The position numbers and the translations under genes were made by a program. Below, in pieces: positions 33,487 to 50,467 of a stretch of 64,000 nt of DNA. Source of the stretch: the human T2T-CHM13v2.0 reference genome, Homo sapiens; the NCBI RefSeq assembly GCF_009914755.1, contig NC_060936.1, one strand, 5' to 3'. Numbering within the stretch: the stretch's first letter is position 1; every line of letters starts with the position of its first letter. The notes beneath the pieces were generated by a model, which saw nothing but the letters and a program-made list of their open reading frames with translations, had not been told where the DNA came from and did no database searches.

Positions 33487-33839
33487 GCTAGTGCCCAGGT
33501 CCCCATCTCCATGTCCCGGGTCCCCCCCAGCCTGCTCTAGCTGCCCACCGCACCCTGATCTCTCTTCTCTATGCCTACCTCCCCCCATACCCTGCTGATC
33601 TCCCTGAGCCTGCCTTTGAGCCCCCGTCACGTTGGGCACTGCTGCCAAAGACTCCCTCCTCCCTGATGCTGGGATGTGGGCTCTGAATACAGCCCCTCTC
33701 TCATCCCTGGGATGGAGCAATGGGGATGGGGTTGGGGAGACGTTTACAAAGAGGTTGATCATTTAATAACCTCTCAGTTTGGGTAAATTACAAAGGTTCT
33801 TCATCATTTAGGACTGTTTTTAGACCCTCCTAGCCTTGA

Positions 33840-33849
33840 ACACACACAT

Positions 33850-33880
<31 letters not shown>
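33840..33880. repeat. (CA)n microsatellite in the RPH3A 3' UTR
   Basis: Read directly. Confidence 0.95.
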
Positions 33881-33886
<6 letters not shown>

Positions 33887-35562
33887 CATTCCCTGTGTTG
33901 TGTCTCTGTATATCCCCAGTTGTCAGCAGACCCGGACAATGCTGTGAGAGAAGCATTGGGGCACAAATAGAGCCTCCGGGCTCCCACTGCCCCCTGAGAT
34001 GTACACCCTGATTGCCAGGAAAACAGACTGCTGTGTTCAGTAACACACCCTCCCTGCTCCAAGTGCACCAGGATGCAAATGCACAGAATTCACCAGGGGC
34101 TTGGACGCTCTCCTCTTTCCGAATGTCACCTGTGTGCTTCCTAGCAAAACAAAAACAAACGACAACAACAAAAAACCCTTCCTCTGTCACCTTTTCTCCT
34201 CCTCCCTCTTCTTTCCCTTCCATGATAGTAGATTCTCTCTTTCTCAGCCTCTCCCCTCTCCTTTCTCTCCCTGCCTTTCTTCCCTTTGCCTTTCTCTCTC
34301 TCTAAAGCAGTAACACCGCAAAAACGACAGCAAAAAAAGTGTATGTTAACCTAGCCTCACCCCCTTGCTCTCACCAGCCTGACCAGGAAACTGAGAAACT
34401 GGCCCAAACCTGAGATTCCACTTGGGCCCACGCTTCTTAACTGACCCACTCCTCCCGTTGGCAGAACCAGACATTCCCAGGGCTTGGGCCAATGGCTGGC
34501 ACTGCCCTGAGTGCATGGCAGCATCCCTCAAGCTGTGTAGATGCCCCATAGAGGACTCTCTCATCCGTGGGCTCCCCGGGTGGGCACGGAGGCATTTAGA
34601 AGACCAGGGCCATGGGTCTGAGGAAGCCTCAGCCAAAGCCTCCAGCCTTTCTCCTTTCTCCGCTCTTAGGTAAATGAACAAGCTACCCTCCTCCCCAATG
34701 CCCTTGACTCTGTTTCATTGACTCTTTTGCATCCCATCTCTCACTCAGAACCCCCTCCAGTCTCTCTGTCTCTCTTTGTCTGTCTCTCTGTCTCCTGCAC
34801 TCTCGTTACTAAGCTTCCTGGGAGAATCAAATAATATCATGGCTATGGAACAGTAGAGAGAGACAGGCCTGATGCCAAAGGCTTTGGGCTCATCATCAAT
34901 CTTTCACTTTCTTCCTATAAAAAAAATTATTTTATAAAGGAGGAAAAGGCAATGTGGGCAAACATTACAAATTTGAGGTTGAAGTCAGGCAATCTTCAAT
35001 GCCCTGTGAGAAAGGTTCGATTTTCCCAATTTTGATGAAGTCTTCCCTCATGAAAATCACTCCCAGTCATCCCAAACCCCTGACATTCTCTACAGAAGCA
35101 TCAGACAGATACTCAAACTCTCACTTTCCCCAAATCACATCTCTTAACTTTTCAACGCCCTCCACCCTCAGCTCCCTGCACAATTCATGGGAGGACTCAT
35201 TTCTTGCCTTGAATAACCATTTTCTAAACATCGAGCTCTTCACCTTCCCCAAGGTGGCCAACAGCTTCCTGGCTGCCATCTTTCCTTTTGACCTTATCTT
35301 TCCCCATTAGTCCCTGGTGGCACCTACTCTCAGCCCACCTCCCTCACCACAGTTTCCCCTTAGGAGACAGCATGCTGGCTGTGTCGCCCAAGCCTGATGC
35401 TGGTGTAGGCGCTGGAATCAGCATGCAGCAAGCTCACAGTGCCCCTAGTCTGGGTGCCCGCTGTCCCCGACAAATGTAACCACCTCCCTGCCTAGAATAC
35501 ACACACGTCCTCCGGTGCATGCACAACCACCCAGCATCTTTCTTTGTGATGATGTAGCCAAA

Positions 35563-35568
35563 AATAAA
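35563..35568 (+). terminator. RPH3A: Probable RPH3A polyadenylation signal
   Basis: AATAAA ~2.1 kb after the stop, followed by GT/T-rich sequence (gtggtctgcagttttcctttct). Confidence 0.7.
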
Positions 35569-36089
35569 GTAGGAGCATCCAAGAAAACGAGTGGTCTGCA
35601 GTTTTCCTTTCTGGTTTCTGCGAAGTCCTCCTCCCCACCAGGACATATGCTATTCTGATAGTCAGTACTTAATGAGCATCTACTATGTTCCAGGCACTGG
35701 CGACAGATGTGTTCTCTGCCCACGAGGAGTTTGCTTTATGGTGGATTTTATCTTGGGCAGGTGGGCCTAAGGTAACTTGGCTGACTCCAAACCCTTCTAG
35801 AAGAATACTTTTTGCTGGTGCCTACCAAACAGGAGGGCAACATCCTCATCCTCCTCCTGCTGCTACAAGACCTGGGAAACGTCCCAGGTGGTTGCAGAAT
35901 CAGAAATTGCCAAAGCTAAAAGAGAACATACAATTGAGCCACAACCTAGTTCAATCAACTCACTTTTTAGACAGATGAAGAAACCAAGGTCCAGAGAAGA
36001 AAATGCCATGTCCAGTGTTAAACAAAGGCAATACCAGGAAAGGAGTTCGATCGTTGGACTCCCGGAATCCAGTGTTCTTCACACACTGA

Positions 36090-36545
<456 letters not shown>

Positions 36546-36594
36546 TAATCCATCCCCAAAGTGCTTAAGCAATTTATCAGTAATGGTTACTTCA

Positions 36595-37168
<574 letters not shown>

Positions 37169-38401
37169 CTAGCTGCCACTAGGTGGAGAGAGGTGCTAAT
37201 TATGTCCTTAGAAGCCTCACAGGAACAGCTGGAGACACTTGCCATTCTCCCTGTGCTCCTGGCAGACATCACTAATCAATACGGCATCTTTCCTACAGAA
37301 CCTACAAGCAGCCTCTGAGTCCCTCTCAACCCAGGGTTCCAGGGAGCCACCACCAGTCAGTCATGGGTGGCGGTTAAAAAGAAGCCTAATTTCCATCCTT
37401 AAACTGGTTGATCTTCATTTATATGCAGACAAGCCTAACAGACTGAGATGAACATACAGGAGGAAAGTTTTCATAAATATTAGTACACCTGATCTAGCTA
37501 ATTGTGCTGCCCCACCCCTGACCCCTGGCTGACCCCATTGAAATAAAACACTCTGTAAGTGGCTATATGGTGTGTTGGAAAGCATCTGCCCTGAAAAGAA
37601 CGCGAGCCAAAATTTCAATTAAGTCCAGCATTCAAATTCTGACTGACACTTTCTAGCTATGGGAACTTGGCCAAGTCATTTAGCCTCACTGAGTATCAGT
37701 TTCCTCAGCTGGAGTAATAAATATTTCAAAGAGTTGCTGAGAGATGTTAACGGTACAGTCCATCGAGAGTACCTGGCACGTAGTAGAGACTTGACAAGTG
37801 CCACCTCCGCTTGCCAGCCCCTAAACTTGGGCTCCCTCACGCAGCTTGCATCGGGGAAAATGCTCTTGAACTGGCATTGGTTGAAAACAGGACGTTGGAG
37901 CTGAAAGTGGGTGAAGTTCAGGTGAGGCAGAAATCAGATCTCCAAGGTCTCTGCACAGATGGGAGCAGACTCTCCTGCTGGTGCCCACAGAAATTCAGCC
38001 AACATCTAGAGATGTTTGTTCTGAGTAGGAGTCAGAGGCAAGATCAAGTTGCTGAGGTCTGGTTTCCCATCAGGGATGACAAAAGGGAGGCCAGGAAAAG
38101 GGGCAGGTCACAGGGCTGGTGGTTCCTGGTGAAAGCAGTGCAGGCCCAATTGCGGCTGGGCTTACCGCCAAGTGGATTAAACACTCAATGCTCTGAAACC
38201 TGCCAGGCTGACCCTTGCTCAGCTCAATCAGATCTGCCAGGGACATTGGCTTGATGAGGTTAAGCAAGCCATTCAAGGTGATGGACACCCCAATTACCCT
38301 GATGTGATTGTGACACATCATACACCCGTGTCCAAAATATTGCATGCACCCCATAAATATGTACAACTCTTATGTATTCATAATAATTAAAAATAATTTT
38401 T

Positions 38402-39202
<801 letters not shown>

Positions 39203-39804
39203 CTAATCATTCGTTGAAGACCGAGACCTTTTTGCTGAGGACAGGCCCCCTGACTGGAGTCCCACACTATCTTTCTCTCAAAGCGCAAGAATGAGTGGTG
39301 TGTAATTTCCTGTTTCTGTTTCTTTAAAGGAAACAATAATTTAAAGCCACCTGCAAAGGCATGAAGGCATAATCCTGGGCAAAAGTGGATTTGTTTCAAC
39401 TTATTTTCTCAATCTTCTATGGGATCATCTCACTCTTAGCTAATTCTACGCAATGCTTGCCTTTATTGCATCTTTCCAAAGAATTGGATGTTGGTTTCCT
39501 AAGGACAGCTCTCTTTTGCACTCATCTGTTTACAGATATATATATTTAATCAAAAATATTTAACAACTGCAATTGCCATGAGGACATTTGGGAGCAAACA
39601 AAATTTTATTTATTTATTTAGAGACAGGGTCTCACTATGGGAGCAAACAAAGTCTTCTTTATTTATTTAGAGACAGCATCTAGCTATGTTGTCCAGGCTG
39701 GTCTCAAACTCCGGAGCTCAAGTGAGCCTCCTGCCTCCACCTCCGAAAGTGCTGGGATTACAAGCCTGAATCACTGCTCCTGGCCAGAATCTTTTTTTTT
39801 TTTT

Positions 39805-41340
39805 TTCAGTTAATTTAGAAAGTTTATTTTGCCAAGGTTGAGGATGCCAACCCGTGACACAGCCTCAGGAGGACCTGAGGACATGTGCCCAAGGCAGTCA
39901 GAGACAGTTTGGTTTTATACATTTTAGGGGACATGAGACATCAATCAACGTATGTAAGATGGACATTGGTTTGGTCTGGAAAGGCGGGACAACTCGAAGT
40001 GGGGAGGGGGCTTCCAAGTGGTAGGTATATAAGACACAAATGGTTGCATTATTTTGAATTTCTGATTAGCCTCTCTGAAGGGGGCAATCAGAAATGCATT
40101 TATCTCAGTGAGCAGAGGGGTGATTTTGAATAGAACGGGAGGCAGGTTTGCCCTGAGCAATTCCCCAGCTTGACTTTTCCCTTTAGCTGAGTGATTTTGG
40201 GGCCCCAAGATATTTTCCTTTCACATTTCCTCCCTTTTCTTTTTAAAAATATTTTAGACAAAGCATTTTAGAAGAAAATGAGTCTCTAGTCTCAGGTTTC
40301 ATCTGATTTCTCTTGGCTAGGATGGTTTATTACTATAGGGGTAAGTCCGGAGTTATTAGGAAAGCTCATTTTTAGAAGGTTGTAAAGTCTCATGTCCTGT
40401 GAAGAGAAAATAGGGGGAGGAAGGGAGAACACAACAAACAAAAGAACAATCCTGGAAAATCAAGATACAGGCCAGAGTACTCCGAAGTTCACACATCAGC
40501 AGATAGGTATGAAAGTGGCTTACGTCTGTAAATATGTAATTATTTTTTTCTGAGGTTTAAGTTGTCTAGCTCCAGTTTGCAGGGCTTTATAAAAGCACAA
40601 CTTAGTTTTCAGTGATTCCAAATTAGGGAAAATGGGGGGAAAAGAAGGAAAAAATTTAAAATATTATTTTGGAGACTTGTAGCCAAGAAAAATTAGAATT
40701 CAGTCCAAACTATAGAAAATAATAAAAATTGAAAAACATTAGGCAAGACTAGAATGCAACAACAGGTGTACTATAGTTTTTGAAGCATAATCTTTCTCCA
40801 ATTTCCCATTTTTACTAAAGATGAATCATGGTAAGGGAGGAGACCACCCCTCATATTGTCTTATGCCTAATTTCTGCCTCCAAAGAAAGAAGATGTAAAA
40901 ACTAAAAGGCAGAAATGAAATCCACAAGCAGGTAGCCTGGTGCCACACCCTGGGCCTGGTAGTTAAAGATCGACTCCTGACCTAATAGGTTATTTGCATA
41001 AAAAAGGCACTGTGAAGATCCCTGTCCTATTCTGTTCTGTTCTGATTACTGGTGTATGCAACCCCCAGTCATGTACCCCCTGCTTGCTCAATCCATCACG
41101 ACCCTCTCACATGGACCCCCTTAGAGTTGTGAGCCCTTAAAAGGGACAAGAATCGCTCACTCGGGGAGCTCAGCTCTTGAGACAGGGGTCTTGCCCATGC
41201 TCCCGGCCGAATAAACCCCTTCCTTCTTTAACTCGGTGTCTGAGGGGTTTTTGTCTGCAGCTCTTCCTGCTACAATGGTATGACTGGTTTGCTTTATCAT
41301 ACTTGGCCTAATTTTTTGCATACAGTGCAGCAAGAATCTT
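39805..41340 (-). mobile_element. MER4A1-like ERV1 LTR (39805-40224) with adjacent internal sequence, interrupted by LTR2
   Basis: Minus strand begins TGTGAAAGGAAAATATCTTGGGGCCCC, preceded by a polypurine tract (40225-40243). Confidence 0.7.
40832..41274 (+). mobile_element. LTR2/LTR2B-like (HERV-E) solo LTR
   Basis: TAAGGGAGGAGACCACCCCTCATATTGTC...GCTACA; 4-bp TSD ATGG (40828-40831, 41275-41278); AATAAA at 41210. Confidence 0.8.
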
Positions 41341-41785
41341 CAACTAGTAAATGAAGTGAGTATTGCAAAGACAGCACCCCACCCTCATGGTGACATTTAG
41401 TCTTAGGCCAAAGTCAACATCTTATACAGTAGGAGTGGAGAGTGTCAACTCATGAATAATCTGGTTAAGAGGTTAAGGGGTTGTAAGAAAGATAGTTGGC
41501 ATTTACAAAATATTTCATCCAACAAAAACAGGAAACACATTCTTCTCAAACTCACACAGAACATTCACCAAGACATATTATGTTCTGGGCTAGAAAACAC
41601 ACTTTAACAAATTTCAACAGAGATATGTTATGCAAAGCATGCCCTTTACTACAATGGAATTAAAAAAGAAACCCACAAAAGAAAGATAGCTGGAAAATTC
41701 CAAAATATATGGAGATTAAAGAACACACCTCTAAATAACACATGGGGCAAGGAAGAAGTCTCAAGAGAAATTTTAAAATATTTTG

Positions 41786-42093
<308 letters not shown>

Positions 42094-42255
42094 TTAAATT
42101 AAAATGAAAAAACAGCCTATCAAAAAGTGTGGGATGTAGTGAAAGTAGTGTTTAGAGGGAAAGTTATAGCATTGAATGCATATATTAGGAGAAGAAAGAT
42201 CTAACTCAGAGAGGGATGAACAGGTGAGGCATAGGGGATTTTAAGGTAGTGAAAC

Positions 42256-42635
42256 TGTTGCAGGGCAGGGGAGCCCCAAAACTGGGACACCGTCCGGGAA
42301 GGCTCTTGGCTTCGTCCAGGAAGGAATTCAAGGGTGAGCTAGAGGAGGAAGAAAAAGGTTTATTGAGGCAGCAGGGTTACAGTTCTGTGACTGTCCCTGC
42401 AGAGCAGGGCCACCCCATAGGCAGTGCCTGGAGAGCAGCAGCTCGGGGCACTTCTATAGTCACATTCATACCCACTTTTAAATACGTGCAAATTAAGGGC
42501 AGGTTATTCAGAAATTTCTAGAAGAAGGGTGGTAACTGGGTCATTGCCAGGGAATGAGTAAACTGTTCATGGTGCTGGTGCTCATGCCAGCCAGTCTTCA
42601 ATCTGGCCCTGAGTCAAGCCCCACCTCCTATCTCA
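42256..42635 (-). mobile_element. ERV1-type solo LTR, family unassigned
   Basis: TG...CA ends; 4-bp TSD aaac (42252-42255, 42636-42639). Confidence 0.65.
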
Positions 42636-43629
42636 AAACTATTCTGCATGGTGCTGTAATGGTGGATACATGACATGTTATGTTTGGCAAAATCCATAGA
42701 ACTGTAGGACACAAGAGTGAACCTTAATGTAAACCTTAATGTAAATGGACTTTTGTTAATTATGATGTATTAATATCAATTCATCAATTGTAACAAATGT
42801 ATCACAGTACTGTTAATAATAGAGGAACTTATTGGCAGGAGAGAGAGCTTATGGAACTCTCTGCACATTCAGCTCAATATTTCTGTAAGCCTAAAACTGC
42901 TGTGAGAAATAAAATCCAACCTGGGCAACATAGCAAGACCTTGTCTCTACAAAAAATAAAAAATGAGCTGGGTGCAGTAACGCATGCCTGTAGTCCCAGG
43001 TATTCAGGAGGCTGGGGCAGGAGGATCGCTTGAACCCAGGAAGTTGAGGTTGCACGAGTCATGATCATGCCCCTGCACTCCAGCCTGGATAACAAAGCAA
43101 GATCCTGTCTCCAAAAAATAATAAAATAAAATAAAAATCTACTAATTGAAAGGGAAAAAAGCATAGTATAATACCATTCTTAACAAAAAGAAAAGAGACC
43201 TGTGTTTGTGTGTGTGTTAACATTTGAAAAAAATCTGGAAAGCTCTATATCAAAACGTTTATAGAGGCAATTTTGTAGTGTTAGAATCATAGATGATCTT
43301 TCCACTTCCTGGTTTTTCTGACTTTTTTTCTTTTTGCAGTGGGCATGTATTGCTGGAAAATACCACAGACAACTGTGAAAGGATTTCATCAACAACAAAA
43401 AAAAGATAAAGAAGGAAACACAAAATCTGTTAAATAAGATTTATGTTGGCTGGAGGTTAAAATGCATTTCCAGAGCAGAGTTCAGAGAAAGGCTGGGCTG
43501 CTTGTTGCTGGCTAAAGGACAAAGGGTAAGTTTCAGGAAGCAGAAGAGTGAGCAGATGAAATTCAGCACTGGGATCAGGGGAGTGTCTGATTTGCAAAAG
43601 GAAAGTGCAAAGACAGCTCCTCCCTTCTG

Positions 43630-43642
43630 AGGAAACGAAACC
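43630..43642 (+). promoter_or_regulatory. OAS1: OAS1 interferon-stimulated response element (ISRE)
   Basis: AGGAAACGAAACC fits GAAANNGAAA and lies ~90 bp upstream of the ATG; the known OAS1 ISRE. Confidence 0.92.
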
Positions 43643-43726
43643 AACAGCAGTCCAAGCTCAGTCAGCAGAAGAGATAAAAGCAAACAGGTCTGGGAGGCAG
43701 TTCTGTTGCCACTCTCTCTCCTGTCA

Positions 43727-43906
43727 ATGATGGATCTCAGAAATACCCCAGCCAAATCTCTGGACAAGTTCATTGAAGACTATCTCTTGCCAGACACGTG
43801 TTTCCGCATGCAAATCAACCATGCCATTGACATCATCTGTGGGTTCCTGAAGGAAAGGTGCTTCCGAGGTAGCTCCTACCCTGTGTGTGTGTCCAAGGTG
43901 GTAAAG
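43727..43906 (+). CDS. OAS1: OAS1 exon 1 ([23 protein letters not shown]...KVVK)
   Basis: ATG at 43727, |gtgagt donor, 60 codons. Confidence 0.97.
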
Positions 43907-44375
43907 GTGAGTCCAGGCCTGCCTGGCCAGGGGAGGGGTGGCTGAATGTGCAAGAGTTGAGATTGAGAATGAGAGAGAGAGAGAGAGAGAAGCAAAAACC
44001 TAGAACCCAGGGTGCAAATGTGAGTACAGAGAGCTGAGATCTTCTGGGCTGGTGGTTTCTTATTTATCCACACAGCATGTTAAAATAGATTCTGGGGTGA
44101 AATCCTACATCCCTATTATTAACAAGTGACCCTCCCCGCTACTTCCCGCTGAAGTTTATGAACCACTGTCCTGGGCGATGCCCATTTCAGAAATAGGGAA
44201 CTGAATCCCAGCTCTGGTAAACAGTTTGCTAATTCGTGGCCAGGCTAGGGGCTCACCATTTCTGCAGTGAAGAATCATATGTTTTGAAAGCAAATAGCAC
44301 CTGCTGGCTGCAAGACCTTGAGCAAGTCACTTAACTACTCTGTGTTCCAATTTCCTCAGCCATAATCCCCAATAC

Positions 44376-44834
44376 TGTTGCAGTCTTGCCAGTGCACCTT
44401 AATGTAGCAGCTTCTCACTGAATTAGTACCCAAGGTTCTTTGTCCTGCATCCAAGAAAATTAAGGAACATGGACACAAACGTGAGCTTGGAGCAAAAGTT
44501 CAGTAAGCAAAAGAAGAAAGCTGTCTCCACTGTGGAGAGGGAAGTCTGAGTGGATTGCCAGATTGCAGCTGAATGCAAAACACTTTTATAAGAAACCACT
44601 CTCCTCCCTGTAACTGTTTGAGAAACTTTTTATCAGTAAAGCTGTGCAACTTCCCTTACCTTATGCAGCTGTGGGTATATCTCTAGGCAAGCATAAAGCG
44701 CTGCTTCTCTTGTATGTATAACTGTGGATTTGTTTTAGGTAAGTCCCACTCCCTGCGCCAGTTTCAGGCAGGCCGCTCCTCCAGGGCCCAGCCTTGACCA
44801 TTTACCTAACTGATTTTTCCTCTACTTTCCCTCA
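44376..44834 (-). mobile_element. ERV1-type solo LTR in OAS1 intron 1, inserted in a MIR
   Basis: TG...CA ends; 4-bp TSD atac (44372-44375, 44835-44838). Confidence 0.65.
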
Positions 44835-45222
44835 ATACCTCATAGGGCCGTGTAGATTAAGTAAAATAGTAAGTGTGAACCACCCAGCATAAGCTAGTCC
44901 TGGGCATCGTAAAGGACAATGGGAAAAGAACACAGATCCTGGAAGAAGGCCCCCAGGTTTGAATTGTATTTGCCACCTACTAGCTGGGTGATGGGGCTGA
45001 TATATTATCTCACTGAGCATCCATTTTCCCATCTGTAAAATGGGAACTAATGATAATGGCATCCAAATCATAGCATCATTGTGAGCATTATAGGAGTTTA
45101 AGACATGCAATGCCTTCAGAACAGTGGCTAGTGCTCCATAATGTTAGTGATTGCTCCTGTCATTTTATTTAGGGAGGTTTGCCTCACTAAGCATCAATTA
45201 TTATTTTTGTCGTCTTTTTCAG

Positions 45223-45511
45223 GGTGGCTCCTCAGGCAAGGGCACCACCCTCAGAGGCCGATCTGACGCTGACCTGGTTGTCTTCCTCAGTCCTCTCACC
45301 ACTTTTCAGGATCAGTTAAATCGCCGGGGAGAGTTCATCCAGGAAATTAGGAGACAGCTGGAAGCCTGTCAAAGAGAGAGAGCATTTTCCGTGAAGTTTG
45401 AGGTCCAGGCTCCACGCTGGGGCAACCCCCGTGCGCTCAGCTTCGTACTGAGTTCGCTCCAGCTCGGGGAGGGGGTGGAGTTCGATGTGCTGCCTGCCTT
45501 TGATGCCCTGG
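45223..45511 (+). CDS. OAS1: OAS1 exon 2, nucleotidyltransferase core (GGSSGKGT, D75-x-D77, D148)
   Basis: tcag| ... |gtgaga, 289 bp; catalytic triad intact. Confidence 0.97.
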
Positions 45512-46014
45512 GTGAGAGCTCCCAGCTTCTTTTTCTCCCTCTTCCCATTTCTGAGCAGAAATCTCCCACAGTTTGAGAGCTTTTTGCCCCAACAGGGCAT
45601 CTCTCTAAAGCAGGGTGGGAGGAGATCTTAGGATCTGTCCCGGGGCAAGAATGAATACGGTCATGATCTATCACAGGAGAGACATTAAACAGCAAATTGG
45701 CATAATGTGGGGACAAAGACATTTCTTACAGAACATCTGCAAGGCTTACTGGTTCTGTTTAAGGCAAAATGTGTGAATTTTATCTTTCTAAAATCAGGCA
45801 GCAAAGATGTGGCTTAAAGTTCATGTTACTCTCATCTTTGTCCCAACATGAGATCTCATCAAACGTATGCAGCACGTTGGGAGATAGATATTTATAATTT
45901 GCAGGAACATTTGGACAGGAAGTGTAACCTCTCAGAGGCTCCCTTGCCACATCAGGAGAATTGGTAAAACCACACTACCTGTATCATATCATTATTTTAA
46001 GTGATAAATGATCA

Positions 46015-47159
<1,145 letters not shown>

Positions 47160-47737
47160 TTAGACAGGGTCGTGAGGGAGGGTCCCTGAGCCTGAGTGGC
47201 GAGAAGGAGTGAGCCTTGGGGAGATCTGGAGGTTCTGGGAAGAGGAATGGCAAGTGCAGAGGCCCTGAAGCAGCAATGACCATGGCACATTTGAGGAAGA
47301 GAGAAAAAGTCAGAGAAGTAGAAAGTGGGCAAAGGAAGCAAGACAGGAGGTGAGGTGGGAGAGGTTCCAGAGACCAGATCACACCAGACATCATTGGCCA
47401 CCATAAGATCTTTGGGTTTTAAAATTCCAGATGTTATGGGATGCAGGAAGCAGCATGATCAGCAGCATTCTCTAGGTGCCAGGTTGAGAACAGGCTGTGG
47501 GGGAACCTGTAAAGAGGTTGCTGCCATAGTTCCGGCGAGTGATGGTGGTGGCTTGGATGGGGTGATGGCAGTGGAGAGGGCAGGAGGGAGGATCAGGAAT
47601 GGACCTCAAGACTTCCCAGCCCTGGGTCTGCTGCACTTTTCAATCAAACCCCATGGCCAGGGAGATTGTCCCCTCAGAGTGACTGAAGGAAATTCAGAGA
47701 AGAGCTGACACCTAAGTTGTAGATTTTGCCCGAACAG

Positions 47738-47922
47738 GTCAGTTGACTGGCAGCTATAAACCTAACCCCCAAATCTATGTCAAGCTCATCGAGGAGTGCA
47801 CCGACCTGCAGAAAGAGGGCGAGTTCTCCACCTGCTTCACAGAACTACAGAGAGACTTCCTGAAGCAGCGCCCCACCAAGCTCAAGAGCCTCATCCGCCT
47901 AGTCAAGCACTGGTACCAAAAT
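47738..47922 (+). CDS. OAS1: OAS1 exon 3 ([13 protein letters not shown]...[11 protein letters not shown]), Ser162 allele
   Basis: acag| ... |gtatgg, 185 bp; codon 162 is AGC at 47752-47754. Confidence 0.96.
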
Positions 47923-48742
47923 GTATGGCCCTCCCACCAGGCCTGGTGGGTCCTGTCTCGACTGGGAGCAGAGGAGGGGTGGGGGGAGGAGAGAAAGAAG
48001 GGAGTGAAGGGAAGAGGAGGGGGAGTGGTGGAGGGAAATAGAGGGATGGAAAAAGGAGAGAAAGGAAAAAGAGGTGGAGAGAGGAGCCTGCAACAGAAGG
48101 GAGAATGAAAGGGAAGGAAGAGAGAAAGGAAGGGATTTTGGTGTTCTGTTCACTGCTGTATCCCCAGAACTTAAAACAGAGCCTGGTGCATAATAGGTGT
48201 AAATAACTGTTGAATAAATGAATCAATGCTACATACACACACGCACGCACACACACACAGAGAGAGAGTCAACCACACTCTTCAGAAGGTGGATAAGTTA
48301 AAACAAGAGTTTCAAACAAATATATGTTCAGATGCCCTTTCCTCCCACTTACTGGCTGGCTGGCCTTAAGTAAGCAACTTAACCTTTCTGTTCTTTCTGC
48401 TTTCTTATCTGCAACGAGTAGCATGCCATAGCTAGAGTAACACGGCATATAGTTGGTCCTGATAAATGTAGCATATTTTAGCCACCATAGGAGTACACAT
48501 AATAAAAGCTAACATGTAGTATGTGCTTAGCTTATCTATGTTTTGTGGATGTGATACAATTTTCTGTTCACTTTTAAATGCCCTGCATCTTAGTCAATTT
48601 TAACAGTGATTCTGTAAGTTAGATAAGGTTAGGCATTATTATTAAATCCATTTTACACCAAGAGAAACTTGGGTCAAAAAGAGAAACTCCTGGGTCACAT
48701 GGCTCATTCGGCCAGTAAGTAGCAGAAGTAAAATTTGAATTT

Positions 48743-49053
48743 GGCTGGGCGCGGTAGCTCACACCAGTAATCCCAGCACTTTGGGAAGCCAAGGCAGGTA
48801 GATTGCTTGAGCCCAGGAGTTCAAGACTAGCCTGAGCAACATGGCAAAACCTCGTCTCTACAAAATAAACTAAAAATTTAGCCAGGTGTGATGGTGAGCA
48901 CCTGTAGCCCCAGCTACTGGGTAGGCTGAGGTGGGAGGATCGCTTGAGCCTGGGAGGAGGAGGTTGCAGTAAGTCAGGATTGCACTACTGCCCTCCAGCC
49001 TGTGAGACAGAGCAAGATCTTCTCTCAAACAAACAAACAAACAAACAAACAAA
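48743..49053 (+). mobile_element. Alu (J-type) in OAS1 intron 3
   Basis: Alu consensus, (CAAA)n tail. Confidence 0.88.
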
Positions 49054-50467
49054 AACTCGAATTTGGGTCTATTGACTTAAGAGTTTGCCTGATAATAATA
49101 GGCATTCAATGTATATTTCTTGAATGAACGAATGAATGAAAATAATCAGGAATAAACTTTCCAATTTAAAAGTAACACCTCTAGGTAAAAAAAAGACAAT
49201 CATTTAGTTGCCAGACTTCTAAGTGTTTGCTGTTCTATGAATTGTAATCATGGAGCCTGAGCATTGTAGAATTTACAAAAGCAGTTCCTGACAAAAGCAG
49301 CACTGCCCCCAGGGACATATTGAAAATTAATGAGGGTGTTTTTGGTAACCATGGTGATGGGAGGACATGGGTGCTACTTATATTTAGTGGAAAGAAGACA
49401 AGAATGCTAGTTATTGTACAATGATCAAGAGAGTCCTGCACAGCCAAGAATTGTCTTTTTCTTTCTTTCTTGATGCTGTTCTCCTTTAAAACAAGACAAG
49501 ATTAACAATAATTTAACTCCACTAACCACCATCATCACCACCTCCAACTTATATGCTACATTTCTTGTATATTTCAAGTCTGTTTATATTTTCAAGTGCC
49601 TCGAAGTATTATTGTTTTATAGCCAAATGTTTAGTTAATCTGCTCACAGATTTACCACTTTCTTCACTATTCATTCTTTCTTACACCTCTAACATTCCAT
49701 CTGGGGTAATTTTCCTAAATGATCATGCATCCTTTGGGATTTCTTTTGATGATGGTCTATTGGTAGTAAACTCTCTCAGTTATTGTTTGTCTGAAAATGT
49801 CATGCTTTTGCCTTCATTGTTGAAGGGTGCTTTTGCTGGGTGGTCATTTCAGTATATTGAATATATCATTCCATCTTCCAGTGTCATCATTAAAAAGTCA
49901 GTTGCCAGTCTAACTGCAGCTCTTTTATAAGTAACCTGTCTTATTCTTCTGGCTGCATGTAAAAGTTTTCTCTTTGTCTTTGATTTTGTTTAGCTTCAAT
50001 CTGCTGTGTCTTAATGATGGGTTCCTATTGTTTGTCCTGATTGGGATTCCGTTAAGATTCCTGAATCTGTGGGTAGATATCTTTAATCAGTTTTGAAACT
50101 TCTCAGCCATTCTTCTAAAATATTGATTCTCCTTCATTCTCTCCTCACCTTCTAGAATTCCAATTAAATGTATGTTAGACCCTGCTCTATCTTTCATATC
50201 TCTATACTCTCTTCTGTGTTTTTCATCCTTTTGTCTATTTTTCCATGCTTTATTCTGAATAGTTCCTTCTAATCTACCTTCCAATTAACTAATTTTCTCT
50301 TTAGCTATATCTAATTTGCTGTAATTAATTACAGTTGCCATTTTTATCCTAAAATTTCTATTTCATATTTTTGTATCTGCCATGGTACTTCTTATGGCTT
50401 TGAATTCCCTGCTAACTATTTAAAGTTCTTATTTTATCCTGTGAATATGATATTCCTAGTTATTTTA

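Noticed and set aside
43531-43540. GAS-like TTCAGGAA in the OAS1 promoter
   Set aside because: The spacer is 2 nt rather than the canonical TTCN3GAA
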